NCBI GenBank assembly: GCA_963751455.1
Contig: CAVVUN010000003.1
Span: 160,001 to 224,000 of the forward strand
Reading direction: 5' to 3'
DNA from: Nitrospirota bacterium
GTDB taxonomy: Bacteria; Nitrospirota; UBA9217
DNA: 64,000 nt
The first letter of the stretch is position 1; every line of letters begins with the position of its first letter. Shown piece after piece: positions 12,126-22,600 of this stretch. Position numbers and translations under genes: made by a program. The notes under the pieces were generated by a model. The model did no database searches. It was not told the origin of the DNA and saw only the letters and a program-made list of their open reading frames with translations.

Positions 12126-12890
12126 ATGCTTTTGGCAATCGATATTGGAAATACAAACGTGGTCGTCGGCGTATTCGACGAAGAGAAGCTCGTGGAGAAC
12201 TGGCGGGTCGGAACGAACACCCGGATCACGCCTGACGAGTATGGAATGATCTTCAAGGACCTCTTCGGCTTTGCCCGCCTGGAATTCGGGCAGATCAAGG
12301 GAATCATAATCTCGACCGTTGTGCCCCCTCTCCTCCGGTTGATGGTGGAGATGTCCAGAAAGTATTTTCGCATGGAACCGATGGTGGTGACCGACCAGAT
12401 AAAGACGGGCATAACCATACGCTACGAAAATCCGAAGGAAGTGGGAGCTGACAGGATCGTGAACGCAGCAGCCGGCTACAACCTTTACGGCGGTCCCATC
12501 ATCATTGTCGATTTCGGAACGGCAACTACCTTCTGCGCAGTAACCGGCCGTGGAGAATATCTCGGAGGGGCGATCGCGCCCGGCATAATAATTTCCGCGG
12601 AAGCGCTTTTTCAAAGGGCATCCAAACTTCCGAGGGTCGAGCTGGCAAAACCGGTCAAAGTGATCGGCGCCGATACGGTCAGCGCCATGCAGGCAGGCAT
12701 CATCTATGGTTATTCCGGGCTCGTGGACGGCATTGTTGAGCGGATGAAGCAAGAGCTTTCGATGGAGGCAAAAGTAATCGCCACCGGAGGTCTGGCTGAA
12801 CTGGTATCACCGGAGACCAGAACCATACGGGAAGTAAGACCGCATTTAACGCTTGAAGGATTGCGGCTTTTACACAAGCTAAACCACTGA
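12126..12890 (+). CDS. coaX: Type III pantothenate kinase
   Basis: LLAIDIGNTN, VGADR, IIVDFGTATT, GGAIAPG motifs; AAGGAG RBS. Confidence 0.95.
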   Translation: MLLAIDIGNTNVVVGVFDEEKLVENWRVGTNTRITPDEYGMIFKDLFGFARLEFGQIKGIIISTVVPPLLRLMVEMSRKYFRMEPMVVTDQIKTGITIRYENPKEVGADRIVNAAAGYNLYGGPIIIVDFGTATTFCAVTGRGEYLGGAIAPGIIISAEALFQRASKLPRVELAKPVKVIGADTVSAMQAGIIYGYSGLVDGIVERMKQELSMEAKVIATGGLAELVSPETRTIREVRPHLTLEGLRLLHKLNH

Positions 12891-13030
12891 AAATGGGGGT
12901 GGAAAACAACCAGTTTCTCATTTTATCATGTAGTAGAGCAAAAAAGTTACGAAAAGTAACCGGTCATTACCTTGACGATTACACTATTTTATGTTATTTT
13001 TGCTCTACCAGTGTTTTATGGGAGAAACGG

Positions 13031-13408
13031 ATGAAGATTCTGGTTGTTGATGACGAAGAAGGCGCACGCGAACTCTTTCACACGATTTTGACGGATGAAG
13101 GCTATGAAGTGGCTCTTGCGAGCGGCGGCTCGGATGCACTGGCCCTTTTCAAGGTGAGTTCGTTTAACCTTATCATAACGGATATAAAGATGCCCGAGAT
13201 GGATGGCCTCCAGCTGCTTCAAGAGATCAGAAAGACCGGATCTAAGACCGATGTTATCATGGTGACCGCGTACGGTGAAGTAGAAAGCTATCTTAAGGCG
13301 ATGAGTCTCGGCGCTGCCGAATACATCAACAAACCCATTCGCATAAAAGAACTGAAGCGGATCGTACATAAAGTACTGACGGAACAAAAGGCGAGGCTCG
13401 GCGGCTGA
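13031..13408 (+). CDS. Single-domain response regulator
   Basis: ILVVDDE, ITDIKMPEMDG, MVTAYG, YINKP. Confidence 0.9.
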   Translation: MKILVVDDEEGARELFHTILTDEGYEVALASGGSDALALFKVSSFNLIITDIKMPEMDGLQLLQEIRKTGSKTDVIMVTAYGEVESYLKAMSLGAAEYINKPIRIKELKRIVHKVLTEQKARLGG

Positions 13409-14433
13409 TGTCACGTCTGCGCAAGGACCCTATCGTAGGTCGCTGGATCATCGTATCAACAGAGCGGTCCAAGAAGCCCGAAGACTACGTCTTCGAAGAG
13501 CCGATAGAAGACATTACCCCGTCTGAATGCCCTTTTTGCGGCGGCAATGAAGCAAAGACACCTCCCGAAATAGCGTCATTCCGCGCCGAAAAGACCCTCC
13601 CCAACAAGCAGGGCTGGTGGGTCCGTGTAATTCCCAGCAAATTCCCGGTCCTCCACATCGAAGGCAGCCTTGAGCGCGAGGGAACCGGCATATACGACTG
13701 GATGAACGGCATTGGGGCCCATGAGATCATCATAGAGGGACCCGAGCATTCATTCAGACTCGAAGACCTTCCTGAAAGCCAGGTCGAAAAAGTATTGTGG
13801 GCCTACCGCGACCGCATTCTTGATCTTGAACGCGACAGCCGTCTTCGGTACGTGCTGATTTTTAAAAACCAGGGCTGGACAGCGGGCTCCGTTCTGAACC
13901 ATCCTCATTCCCAGATCATCGCCACACCGGTCATTCCGAAATCCGTAAAGGAAAAGCTGGATGGCGCCAAGTCCTACTACGATTACAAGGAGCGCTGCAT
14001 TTTTTGCGATATCATCCGGCAGGAGCTCTCGGTGCCCGAACGGGTAGTCGAAGAAACCCGGCACTTTCTCGTGATAGAACCCTTTGCCCCGCGTTTTCCC
14101 TTTGAGACCTGGATCTATCCCAAAAAGCACCTCTGCTCGTATGTAGATATATCGAAGGAAGAGATCATGGATTTTTCCCGGACGCTTCGCACCACGCTCC
14201 GGCGACTCGGCAAAGTACTCAATAACCCGCCGTATAACTACATGCTCTATACTGCGCCGAACCGTGTTCCCAGGCGCGGCCATTGGCATACCCTGAACGA
14301 CGATTTTCACTGGCATCTGGAGATCATGCCGCGGCTTCTCCGGGTAGCCGGTTTCGAACGCGGTTCCGGATTTTACATCAACCCCACGCCGCCTGAAGAA
14401 GCGGCCAAGTATTTGAGGGAGGTAAAGCTGTAA
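13408..14433 (+). CDS. galT: Galactose-1-phosphate uridylyltransferase family protein
   Basis: RLRKDPIVGRW, CPFCGGNE, HPHSQ catalytic motif, CIFCD, HWHLEIMPR. Confidence 0.92.
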   Translation: MSRLRKDPIVGRWIIVSTERSKKPEDYVFEEPIEDITPSECPFCGGNEAKTPPEIASFRAEKTLPNKQGWWVRVIPSKFPVLHIEGSLEREGTGIYDWMNGIGAHEIIIEGPEHSFRLEDLPESQVEKVLWAYRDRILDLERDSRLRYVLIFKNQGWTAGSVLNHPHSQIIATPVIPKSVKEKLDGAKSYYDYKERCIFCDIIRQELSVPERVVEETRHFLVIEPFAPRFPFETWIYPKKHLCSYVDISKEEIMDFSRTLRTTLRRLGKVLNNPPYNYMLYTAPNRVPRRGHWHTLNDDFHWHLEIMPRLLRVAGFERGSGFYINPTPPEEAAKYLREVKL

Positions 14434-14584
14434 ACAGCCTCGCTCTTATTCTGGGTCTCTCAATCGAGGGTGCATCGAAAAAACACTACTTCCTGAAAGG
14501 TTCGAGTTTCAAATCCTAGCAACCCTCAACAGTTCTCATAGTAATCGTCAGATAATTACTCTTTTATCAAGTTGTATTTATCGC

Positions 14585-14695
14585 TCAGAGACTAATATTC
14601 AAAAACTGCATGGTCACCTTTATAAGGTCGTTGATATACAATTCGCGCTCGATCTTAGTTGATGGCCTTCGTTCCGCTAATATCTTTTTAACCAT
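14585..14695 (-). pseudogene. Possible PilZ-domain N-terminal remnant
   Basis: Manual translation MVKKILAERRPSTKIERELYINDLIKVTMQFLNISL* resembles the PilZ ERR...(D/N)IS start. Confidence 0.3.
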
Positions 14696-14784
14696 TTAAA
14701 TGGAATTTGCAGAATTTAATGAAAGGAGGGGCTGCAACCAGGCAGGTGAAATAATTTCCGGTCTTCATCCGTTTCTTTTAGACC

Positions 14785-14989
14785 TCAATAGAACTTTCTG
14801 AACTTCTCTCGCTCATCGGTAATCCTGCATTTCGGGATCGACTGCAGAAACGTACTGCCGTAGTTTTTGGTCATGATCCGGGAATCGAGGACCGCGAGTG
14901 CAGCCCCTGTCCGGCCGGCTCCTGATGAGCCGGCCGAGGCCCTGACGGAAGAGGGGCACGGCCTAGGGCATCTGGTACTCGAAGAACGG
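14785..14989 (-). pseudogene. DinG/YoaA-family helicase C-terminal remnant
   Basis: Manual translation PFFEYQMP*AVPLFRQGLGRLIRSRPDRG/(frameshift)LAVLDSRIMTKNYGSTFLQSIP; QGxGRLIR is helicase motif VI. Confidence 0.8.
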
Positions 14990-15314
14990 ACAACATTATC
15001 CGGACCGGAAGAAAGACGTTAGATTGTTCCGGCCGTCAAAGAAATCAATTGAATTGCAATGCCGCTTGCCCCTGGTCCGAATCCAGAATTGCAGCAACAG
15101 CAAACTTACCTGCAGTGCCCAAATAAACCGGAATGGCACTAACATCGGTAAAGCTCAATGTGCCCATGCCGGTCGAAACGATCTGTTGACCTGCAATGTG
15201 ATAAACAGTTCGGGTATTCGTCATTAAAAAGCGACATTGACCTTTTCTTGGGTACCGCAGCTCGCTATAAATGCGTAATTTCATTTTGTCGGTTCTTCCA
15301 GCTTTTTTTCTGAC

Positions 15315-16787
15315 TCAAAAAGAGGACGGTGGCGTGGACAGGACCTTATATTTGATCATCAGGTCCGTATATTCCGTAAACAGCGGCGAAGAATAGCTGC
15401 TGTAGTAGCTCTGTATGACGGCGTCGATGCTGCTCCATGTCCGGCGTCCTCCAACGAGTTCGGTAAAGAGGAAGATTATCTCTGCGTCACGAATATTGTT
15501 TTCCTGGAGGCCGGTCAATGCCTCGACGGTCTTGGTAACGGTCTTTGTCACCTGCGTGTCCGTGGCCGGATCAATGTAGGTAATCGTCAGCGTGAAGTCC
15601 CGTGTCTGCGTGGTATCGGACGGACCCGTGAAGACTTCGTAGAAGTACTGGGTGGTATTGTAGGAAAAGTTCGTCGGTTGGACGTCCTTGGACACGGTTG
15701 AAGTTTCCTCAGCCGCGCTGGTTACATGCGTAAAGGTCTCGGGGAAGTCGAGCCGGAATTGTACATGGCGTGCAGCCACGGAAACCAGCGCGATGAACCT
15801 GTCCTGAAACGCCCTTTTGGCATCACTGTTGGTAATGACCGAGAAGTATGAACCCTTGCCGGCCTCGGTAAGATCGTTCATGAATGGCTCGTTAAAATCT
15901 GATCCCACCCCGATGCCTGAAAAATATATCCCTTCAAGCTCGTTTATCCTGGTGTTTTGCGAGATGACCGTGCTGTCCACCTCGCCGATGTTCGCATAGG
16001 CGTCCGTGATCATCACGACCCTGTTCATCTTTGTCGGGTCGAAGGTACTAAGCGCCGCCTCGTACCCTTTTTGAAGGCCGTCGGCCAGGTTGGTTCCTCC
16101 TATGACATCGAGCGCATTGACCGCCGGAAGGAAGGAAGTCGATATCTGCGAAAAAAGAACGTTCGAGAGAATTATCTGCGCGTCGTTCGAGAAGGTTACC
16201 AGGTTGATAACATCTCCCTCTTTGAGCATCGCGGCCATTTGGGTCAGGCCGTATTTCACAATGTCGAGTTTCCGCGCCCCGAGCTCGGTCTCGTTCGTCG
16301 ACATCCAGTCCATCGACCCGGAAACGTCCACGACGAGGGTAAGCACCACGTTCTGCCTTTGCGCTACGGTGATTTCAGGCGAGGCGATGTACACGCCCAG
16401 GTAATAATCCGAATCGCCGGGCTCCTGTGCCGGACGCTTCATCACGCCTATGGAGACGCTGAAGGTTCCGAGGCTCTCGGGACCGGACGGGTCGAATGAC
16501 TCGTAATTAAGGAACTCCCAGGCGCGTGCCAGAGACGATGAGGGCAGTTGATTATTGTTCAGCTTGTACTTCACCAGCTCGACAGGCGCCGTACTGGCGG
16601 AATCATCATAGGAGAAGTAAAAGAATTTACTTGCGGAATCAACTCCTTCCTCGTGGTTGTTGTCAACCCCGCTCGGCAAGCCCGATCCTCCGGTGTTATA
16701 CCCGGCGCTGTTCTCGTTGCCTTTGCAAGCGGCAAGAACGCACAGCATCAACAGGATGACCAGCAGTGATTGTTTTCGTACGATCAC
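15315..16787 (-). CDS. vWA-domain lipoprotein
   Basis: Lipobox VLAAC; MIDAS DVSGS, GGTN, ITD; YFSGIGVG. Confidence 0.85.
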   Translation of the reverse strand: MIVRKQSLLVILLMLCVLAACKGNENSAGYNTGGSGLPSGVDNNHEEGVDSASKFFYFSYDDSASTAPVELVKYKLNNNQLPSSSLARAWEFLNYESFDPSGPESLGTFSVSIGVMKRPAQEPGDSDYYLGVYIASPEITVAQRQNVVLTLVVDVSGSMDWMSTNETELGARKLDIVKYGLTQMAAMLKEGDVINLVTFSNDAQIILSNVLFSQISTSFLPAVNALDVIGGTNLADGLQKGYEAALSTFDPTKMNRVVMITDAYANIGEVDSTVISQNTRINELEGIYFSGIGVGSDFNEPFMNDLTEAGKGSYFSVITNSDAKRAFQDRFIALVSVAARHVQFRLDFPETFTHVTSAAEETSTVSKDVQPTNFSYNTTQYFYEVFTGPSDTTQTRDFTLTITYIDPATDTQVTKTVTKTVEALTGLQENNIRDAEIIFLFTELVGGRRTWSSIDAVIQSYYSSYSSPLFTEYTDLMIKYKVLSTPPSSF

Positions 16788-16810
16788 TTTAAACCTCCTT
16801 CTCAGGAAAA

Positions 16811-17569
16811 TTAGAACGCATACATAACGCCGGCGCTGAAGCCTGTAAATATATTTCTGTCATCGTCTCCCGTCGACAGTGTTCCCAAAAATTGTTGAAC
16901 TTTAAGTCCGAGATTTGCGGTGAATTTTTCTGAAAAGGCCTGTTTCGCACCAATTTCGAAAACAAAACCATCTGCATCGAATGAGCCGGAATTCCCTCCA
17001 TTCGTAAAAGCGAATTCCTGACGCATTGCAAGAAAAGCCAGACTGCCGTAGATCCCCGTCCCTTGGCGAAACGATTTTGTTGCCGATATGCCGACGCCTC
17101 CGCCGCTCATTTTCCAGGTTCCCATATCGATATTTAGTAATCCAGCTGATGGATTCGTATAGGAAGTGGGTGCATCGATTCTTTTATACTCAAGAAAAGG
17201 CGCCCACGTTACGCTGTGAAGTCGAAAGAAGAAGAATTCCCGGCCAGCTCGGATATCAAATTCGCTCTGGCCGAACTCCATTGTATCACCAGGCGTGAGC
17301 CAGTCGGACGATTCATATTTATTCAGGGGAAAAAGATAATAGGTGTCGACAAACCACCGGTTTTGGGTTCGGACTGCCAGTTCAGGACCGGCAAGAGTTG
17401 CGCTGCCGTTGTGAAAATCATCCGAGCCGCCTCCTGGATGCGAGACTGTTTCATACCACGTGTTGCCCCATATTTTAAGGCCGAGCGAAGGACTGGTTTC
17501 TCCAGAAGCAGTTGCAGAGATGCAAAGAATAAAAAAAACTGAGAATAACTGTAGTGTCGTCTTCATCAT
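16811..17569 (-). CDS. Outer-membrane beta-barrel protein
   Basis: Signal peptide, amphipathic beta strands, C-terminal AGVMYAF Bam signature. Confidence 0.75.
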   Translation of the reverse strand: MMKTTLQLFSVFFILCISATASGETSPSLGLKIWGNTWYETVSHPGGGSDDFHNGSATLAGPELAVRTQNRWFVDTYYLFPLNKYESSDWLTPGDTMEFGQSEFDIRAGREFFFFRLHSVTWAPFLEYKRIDAPTSYTNPSAGLLNIDMGTWKMSGGGVGISATKSFRQGTGIYGSLAFLAMRQEFAFTNGGNSGSFDADGFVFEIGAKQAFSEKFTANLGLKVQQFLGTLSTGDDDRNIFTGFSAGVMYAF

Positions 17570-17597
17570 TCCTCCCTTGCTCTTAGATCTCGATCAC

Positions 17598-17631
17598 ATC
17601 ATATCGATCCGGAGCGTAAGTAAAGCTTAAG
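17598..17631 (-). promoter_or_regulatory. Candidate wHTH-activator promoter: 11-bp-phased direct repeat plus -10
   Basis: Minus strand CTTAAG-N5-CTTACG-N11-TATGAT upstream of the barrel gene. Confidence 0.4.
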
Positions 17632-17649
17632 GCACGGCGGGCGTACTTT

Positions 17650-19284
17650 TCAGGGTAAACACTGCCAGACAGCCATATCAAAATTGCTGTTGCTGTTTTG
17701 ACTGCTTCCCGCGACGACTATTCTGCCGTCCGGATTAAGAACAATAGCGCTTCCCGTATCGTCGCCGTTGCCGCCTGCTGCGCTATTGTGAACAAAAATT
17801 CCGTAATTGCTGAAATCTTCTACCGGCGTTCCATCCGAATTAAATGCCCAGATTACCATGTCTTTGCTGCCGGCAAAGTTTACGCTGCCGCCCGTTATAT
17901 AAATGCTGCCATCCCCCGACAGAGCAATGCCATTGCCCGTATCGTTCCCGTTGCTTCCGGCCGCGCCGTTGCTGATGACAACACCGTTGCCGTTAAAGTC
18001 AGGATCAAGCGAACCGTCTGCTTTGACCCGCCATGCGAGCATATCGATGTTGCCGACGCTGTTTCCGCTTGAGCCGGTAACAACGATCCTTCCTTGAGGG
18101 TCGATCGCGACCCCATTTGCGACGGCGTTGGAATTGGAACCCGAAAGGGCAGGGAGATCAACGATTCCCGAAGTATTGAAGGTTGTATCGAGCGCCCCAT
18201 CAGATTTGAAGCGCAAAACGACCATATCGGTAAAACCCGACGTGTTGACGCTGCTGCCGGCAACGACGATCCTGTCGTTCGCATCTATTGTAAGGGCTTT
18301 TCCGATATCGTCGCCATTACCTCTTGCCGCGCTGTTTTGAACGATAATTCCGCTGCCGTTTAGTCCCGTATCCACGGTCCCATTCGGGTTATACCGCCAG
18401 GCCGCGAGATCGAAATTGCCTGAGCTGTTTTTGCTGTATCCTGCAACGACAATTCGTTCCTGACCATCAATAACGACGGCATTCCCGCTATCATCGCCCT
18501 CGCCGCCTGCTGCGTTGTCGTGCCTGACATAACCGCTCGCGTTAAAGCTCGTATCGACGGTTCCGTCCTCGTTGAACCGCCATATCACCATGTCGGTATT
18601 CCCACCGCTCAGTCGGCTGCTGCCGGCAACAACGATCTTGCCGTACAAATCAAGGGCAACCGATTTGCCGTAGTCGGCTGCATTGTCAGTCGATGAGCTG
18701 TTACGGGTGACAAGACCGCTCCCGTTGAAAGTGCCATCCAGGGTTCCGTCAGCATTAAACCTCCAGACTGCCAGATCCACACCTCCCGAATTGTTTACGC
18801 TGCTTCCTGCAACAATTATTCGACCCTTGGGATCAATCGCAACCGCATTCCCGAAGTCATCCGAATTTTCTCCTGCAGCGTTGCTCTGTATGAGATACCC
18901 TTTCGGGTTGTTGAATGTCGGGTCTAACATTCCTCTGTTCATGCAGGACACTGACACATTCGTAATATTTGCAGAGAAAATTGTTCCGGAGCCGTTTGAA
19001 ACAAGGCACAGTTGTCCGATAGGATTGCTAAGGACAGTGACCGCATAGGAATTTCCGGCATTCACCCTGGCAGGAAATGTGAAAGAGCCGTTCGCGGTGA
19101 TCGTTACGTCGTCAGCCTTGTTGTTCTGCAGTACGAGCGTTCCTTGTAAACCGCTTACCGTGCCGCTGACTGAATATGGCATGGCTGCGGTCAAACTGCC
19201 GCCCCGCCCGTTGCCGCTGCCGGCACAGGCAGTTAAAGCGGCAACAGCGATAAACAGGCCCAGTACTCCGTGGTATTTTTTCAT
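17650..19284 (-). CDS. Lipoprotein with Ig-like module and Delta-60 repeat beta-propeller
   Basis: Lipobox LTAC; VSGTVSGLQGTLVLQNN module; about 7 repeats of DxGxAVAIDxxGRIVVAG...D(M/L)xVWRFNxDGxLDxxFN. Confidence 0.85.
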   Translation of the reverse strand: MKKYHGVLGLFIAVAALTACAGSGNGRGGSLTAAMPYSVSGTVSGLQGTLVLQNNKADDVTITANGSFTFPARVNAGNSYAVTVLSNPIGQLCLVSNGSGTIFSANITNVSVSCMNRGMLDPTFNNPKGYLIQSNAAGENSDDFGNAVAIDPKGRIIVAGSSVNNSGGVDLAVWRFNADGTLDGTFNGSGLVTRNSSSTDNAADYGKSVALDLYGKIVVAGSSRLSGGNTDMVIWRFNEDGTVDTSFNASGYVRHDNAAGGEGDDSGNAVVIDGQERIVVAGYSKNSSGNFDLAAWRYNPNGTVDTGLNGSGIIVQNSAARGNGDDIGKALTIDANDRIVVAGSSVNTSGFTDMVVLRFKSDGALDTTFNTSGIVDLPALSGSNSNAVANGVAIDPQGRIVVTGSSGNSVGNIDMLAWRVKADGSLDPDFNGNGVVISNGAAGSNGNDTGNGIALSGDGSIYITGGSVNFAGSKDMVIWAFNSDGTPVEDFSNYGIFVHNSAAGGNGDDTGSAIVLNPDGRIVVAGSSQNSNSNFDMAVWQCLP

Positions 19285-19358
19285 CTTCCGCTCCTTTCTA
19301 TTACACTACCGGTGGTCTTTCGCCTCTCAGAAAAAATTGTGCAAACCTAAGTAGTATA

Positions 19359-19392
19359 TATCTATCATGGGCGAGCATACAAATTGCTTACA
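19359..19392 (-). promoter_or_regulatory. Candidate wHTH-activator promoter: 11-bp-phased direct repeat
   Basis: Minus strand TGTAAG-N5-TGTATG-N11-TAGATA upstream of the Delta-60 gene; -10 match imperfect. Confidence 0.35.
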
Positions 19393-19502
19393 GGATCAGT
19401 TCTCAGTAAATTTTTCATTACGGATTCCATTCTGCCCTATCCCTTTGTTTTTGAATGTTTAACGAGGCGAGCCTCAGACCGATAAAAAGACAAAAACCTT
19501 GG

Positions 19503-19590
19503 AACCGCGAAGGAGCGACGGACGCGAAAATAAGATTAAAATTTAAGATGTTGCCTTAGATTTCCTTCGCGCTCTTAGCGCCTTGTCGGT
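19503..19590. repeat. Imperfect inverted nonamer-repeat element
   Basis: ACCGCGAAGGAGCGACGGACGCGAAA ... TTCGCGCTCTTAGCGCCTTGTCGGT with AT-rich spacer. Confidence 0.45.
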
Positions 19591-19696
19591 AAATGGTTTT
19601 ATTGGTTTTTTTGGCGGGTCGGAATTCAGAAGATTGGGATTACAGCGGATATTTCGAATGAACAGGTGGCTCTTGGTATTGGTTGAGGACTGGCAA

Positions 19697-22600
19697 CTAC
19701 GTTTCGGGCTGGGATGCTATCCGGGAATATACCTCTTCGGTTCTGGGGGAAGGATCAACGCCAAACCCGGCGGAGAGGACCTTTTTGCAGCGGCGGTACG
19801 TTTCTCTGGCCGCTGAAATTTGGCCGAGCTTACCATAGCAAGACATGAGTTCCTGATAGAGTTCTTCGTACTGATTGTCCCGCTCCAGACCTTTCTCAAG
19901 ATATTCTACCGCTTTTTCCTCATGCCCGGCCTTTTCAAGGCATTGCCCGCAGCGGACGATCGAATCCAGAAATTTCGTCCGCAGGCGCTCTCGAAGGGAG
20001 ATGGTCCATGGCTGCTCAATTTCGAGTTCGAGGAAGTGCCCTGCATACAAGCTCAAAATTTTGTCCGCGAAATGAATGGCCTGTTTCACGGATTCCTTCC
20101 TGGGTGCGCCCTGGAACACGTCTTTAGCCTGGCCGATAATATGTTCAAAAGCGAAAACGTCGACCCAGCAGCGCCGGGGATCAAGTGTGACCAGTCCTTC
20201 GTTCAGCAGAACTGCCTTATCGTCGCCTATCAGCCGGCGGAGCCGGTGGAGCGTGATTTCAAATGACTGGTGCGCCTGAGCGCCGTCGGAGTCCGGCCAG
20301 AGAGCGTCGATCAATCGTTGCCTGCTTACATCCGTGCCGCCGTATGCAATTATCGCCTTGAACAGCGACAGCAGCTTCTGTTGGCCTTTGCCTGAAAATT
20401 TCACCGGCACATCATCTTTAACAATTTGGAATTTTCCGAGTGTATAGATTTTCAGGGGCCAGGGCCAGTTTTCCAATTGCTGATTGCGGATTTCGGATTG
20501 CGGATTTAATTGCATTACGTCAGGAGGCGTTAAATTGCGTTTTTTGATAAGTTCGCGCACATAGTCTGTTTCGATCCCTGCCTCCAAAGCCTTTGTACAG
20601 AGGAAGGACACACGGTCGGGAAGCCATGACGCATTGCTCGCAAAGCCCTGTTTTCTGCCGATCGTCATCGCCCTGGTGAGGGCTTTCAGTCCTGCCGCTA
20701 TTTCACGCTTTCTCAGAAAATACCAGGCCTCGGTCATCAGGCTGCAGTATTCCGCTGTCTTGCAGTTTATCGAGACGGCGATAGCTTTTGCCTTTGCAAG
20801 ACAGGCCAGCCCCTCCTTCCTTTCTTTGCGTTCGAGCAGAATCAGGCCGAGCGCAAAAAAAGACTGCGCCATGTAAAAAGGCGCTCCGGATTTTGATGCA
20901 AAGGTAAAAGCATTTTGAGAATGCTCATAGGCCGCAGCGGTATCTCCCCGGAAAAGCGCCGCGAGGCCTGAAAAATGGTGATAATAGCCGATCAAGTTCA
21001 TTGAATCGGAGCGATTAATGGCGGATTTCATTCCTTCAAGAAACACCAGCGCCTCTTCTGATTTTCCCGTTATGACGCTTATAGCCGCTCCGGCGCCGAA
21101 TAACATGAAATCCCAGATATGAATCCCGTTTTCATCCGCGGTCCTCAGCCCCTCATTGACCGCAAGCATGCAATTTTCGTGATCGGCCTTCATCCAGTGA
21201 TACGTGGCCTCGATGGCGCGCCAAACAATGAAAGACAGAGGGTCAACTTCCCGGTTCCGGATCGACGACTTCAGTCCGTCGATAAGCAATTTGGCTTTTA
21301 CAAGATCTCCGGTCCACCACGTAAAATAGAGGATGAGTTGGCTGCTCAACTTCGATTGCAAACGAATGTCGCAGCTGCCGAGCACCGCATCTTCTACCCG
21401 GCGCGCCCACTGCGGAAGGTCCGGGTGATGGGGCTGGCGATACATAAGAGCGCAGAATATGCCTTCGATGCCCCGGGCGGCAATCTCCGGAGAGGGATAT
21501 TCCGGATATTCACGTTGAAGCGCCTCGAACTCCGCAATCCATGCATCAAGCGGAGCGAAGCTTCCTCCGCTATAAACAAACGTATCGACAATCCCGGACC
21601 AGGATAGATACAGCCCCGAAGCTTCTTTTTGGCGCTTGAACATCTGGAAAGCCCGGTCGAGATAATCTCTGCTTTCAACAAGACTGAACGGCATTCTCGA
21701 AAGGCCCGTCCAGTAAAGGAGCCAGGGATTGTTATTGACAATCTCTTTCGGAAGACCAGCCAGCCATTCCTGGAGCGTCTTCCCCCTGCCTTCCCTAATA
21801 AGCGACTGAGCATGACCGAGTATCAATCGGACGAGCCCTTCCCAATCCCGGGCATCCCGGAGAAAAAGGTACGCCTGTTCGATCTGTCCCGATTGCTCCA
21901 GGAGAATGGCGGCATTCCCCAGAATCACGGCGCGCTCCTCTGAACTCAGAAGACTTTTCATCTTCATCAGGAGGAACTCTCTGAACAGGGAATGATAGTG
22001 GTAAACAGGATTTTCTTCGGTTCGCTTTTCAATGAAGTAGTGGCTTCTGTGGAGCTGGGACAGGATCTCCCCAGATGTGCGGACCCCCGTCAGCCTTTCG
22101 GCTGTCTGCGGAGTCATCGACGGCAGGACCGAGCTCTTCAGCAGAAATTCCCGCGTTACGGCATCCGTCTTCTCGAAAATCTCGGTTGCAAAATAATCAA
22201 AAACGGTTTCCGGCACCAGCCTGGTCAGCGTGGCTGGATCGATGCCTGCTCGTTTCGTGCCCTCCACAAAGAGTACGAGGCCTGCCATCCATCCTTCGGT
22301 CTTCCGGTATACCTCCGCAAGCGTCTCGTCAGTCAGATTTGCCTGTCCACATGTTCGAACAACTTCACGGGATTCCTCCGGTGTGAAGCGTATCTCGCTC
22401 CATCCGACGGACCCGATCTTGTTATTCGCGCGCAAACGGGCAAACTGCCGCGGCGGCTCATTCCTGCTCAGTATAATCACATTGATCCCCGGAGGGATCA
22501 CTTCAATGCCGGAGACAACCATTTCGTGGAAATTCGGGCCATCCGAGACGTCCTGGTAATTGTCAAATACGATAGTGAAGGGAGTGTTGAATCGCTCGCA

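Noticed and set aside
14900-14975. 10-bp hairpin with CTGATGAG, resembling a hammerhead ribozyme or structured RNA
   Set aside because: No properly placed GAAA core; the sequence is explained as the minus-strand DinG motif GLGRLIRSRPD
14985-15030. GTTAGAT as an integron attC core
   Set aside because: No matching RYYYAAC inverse core or integrase
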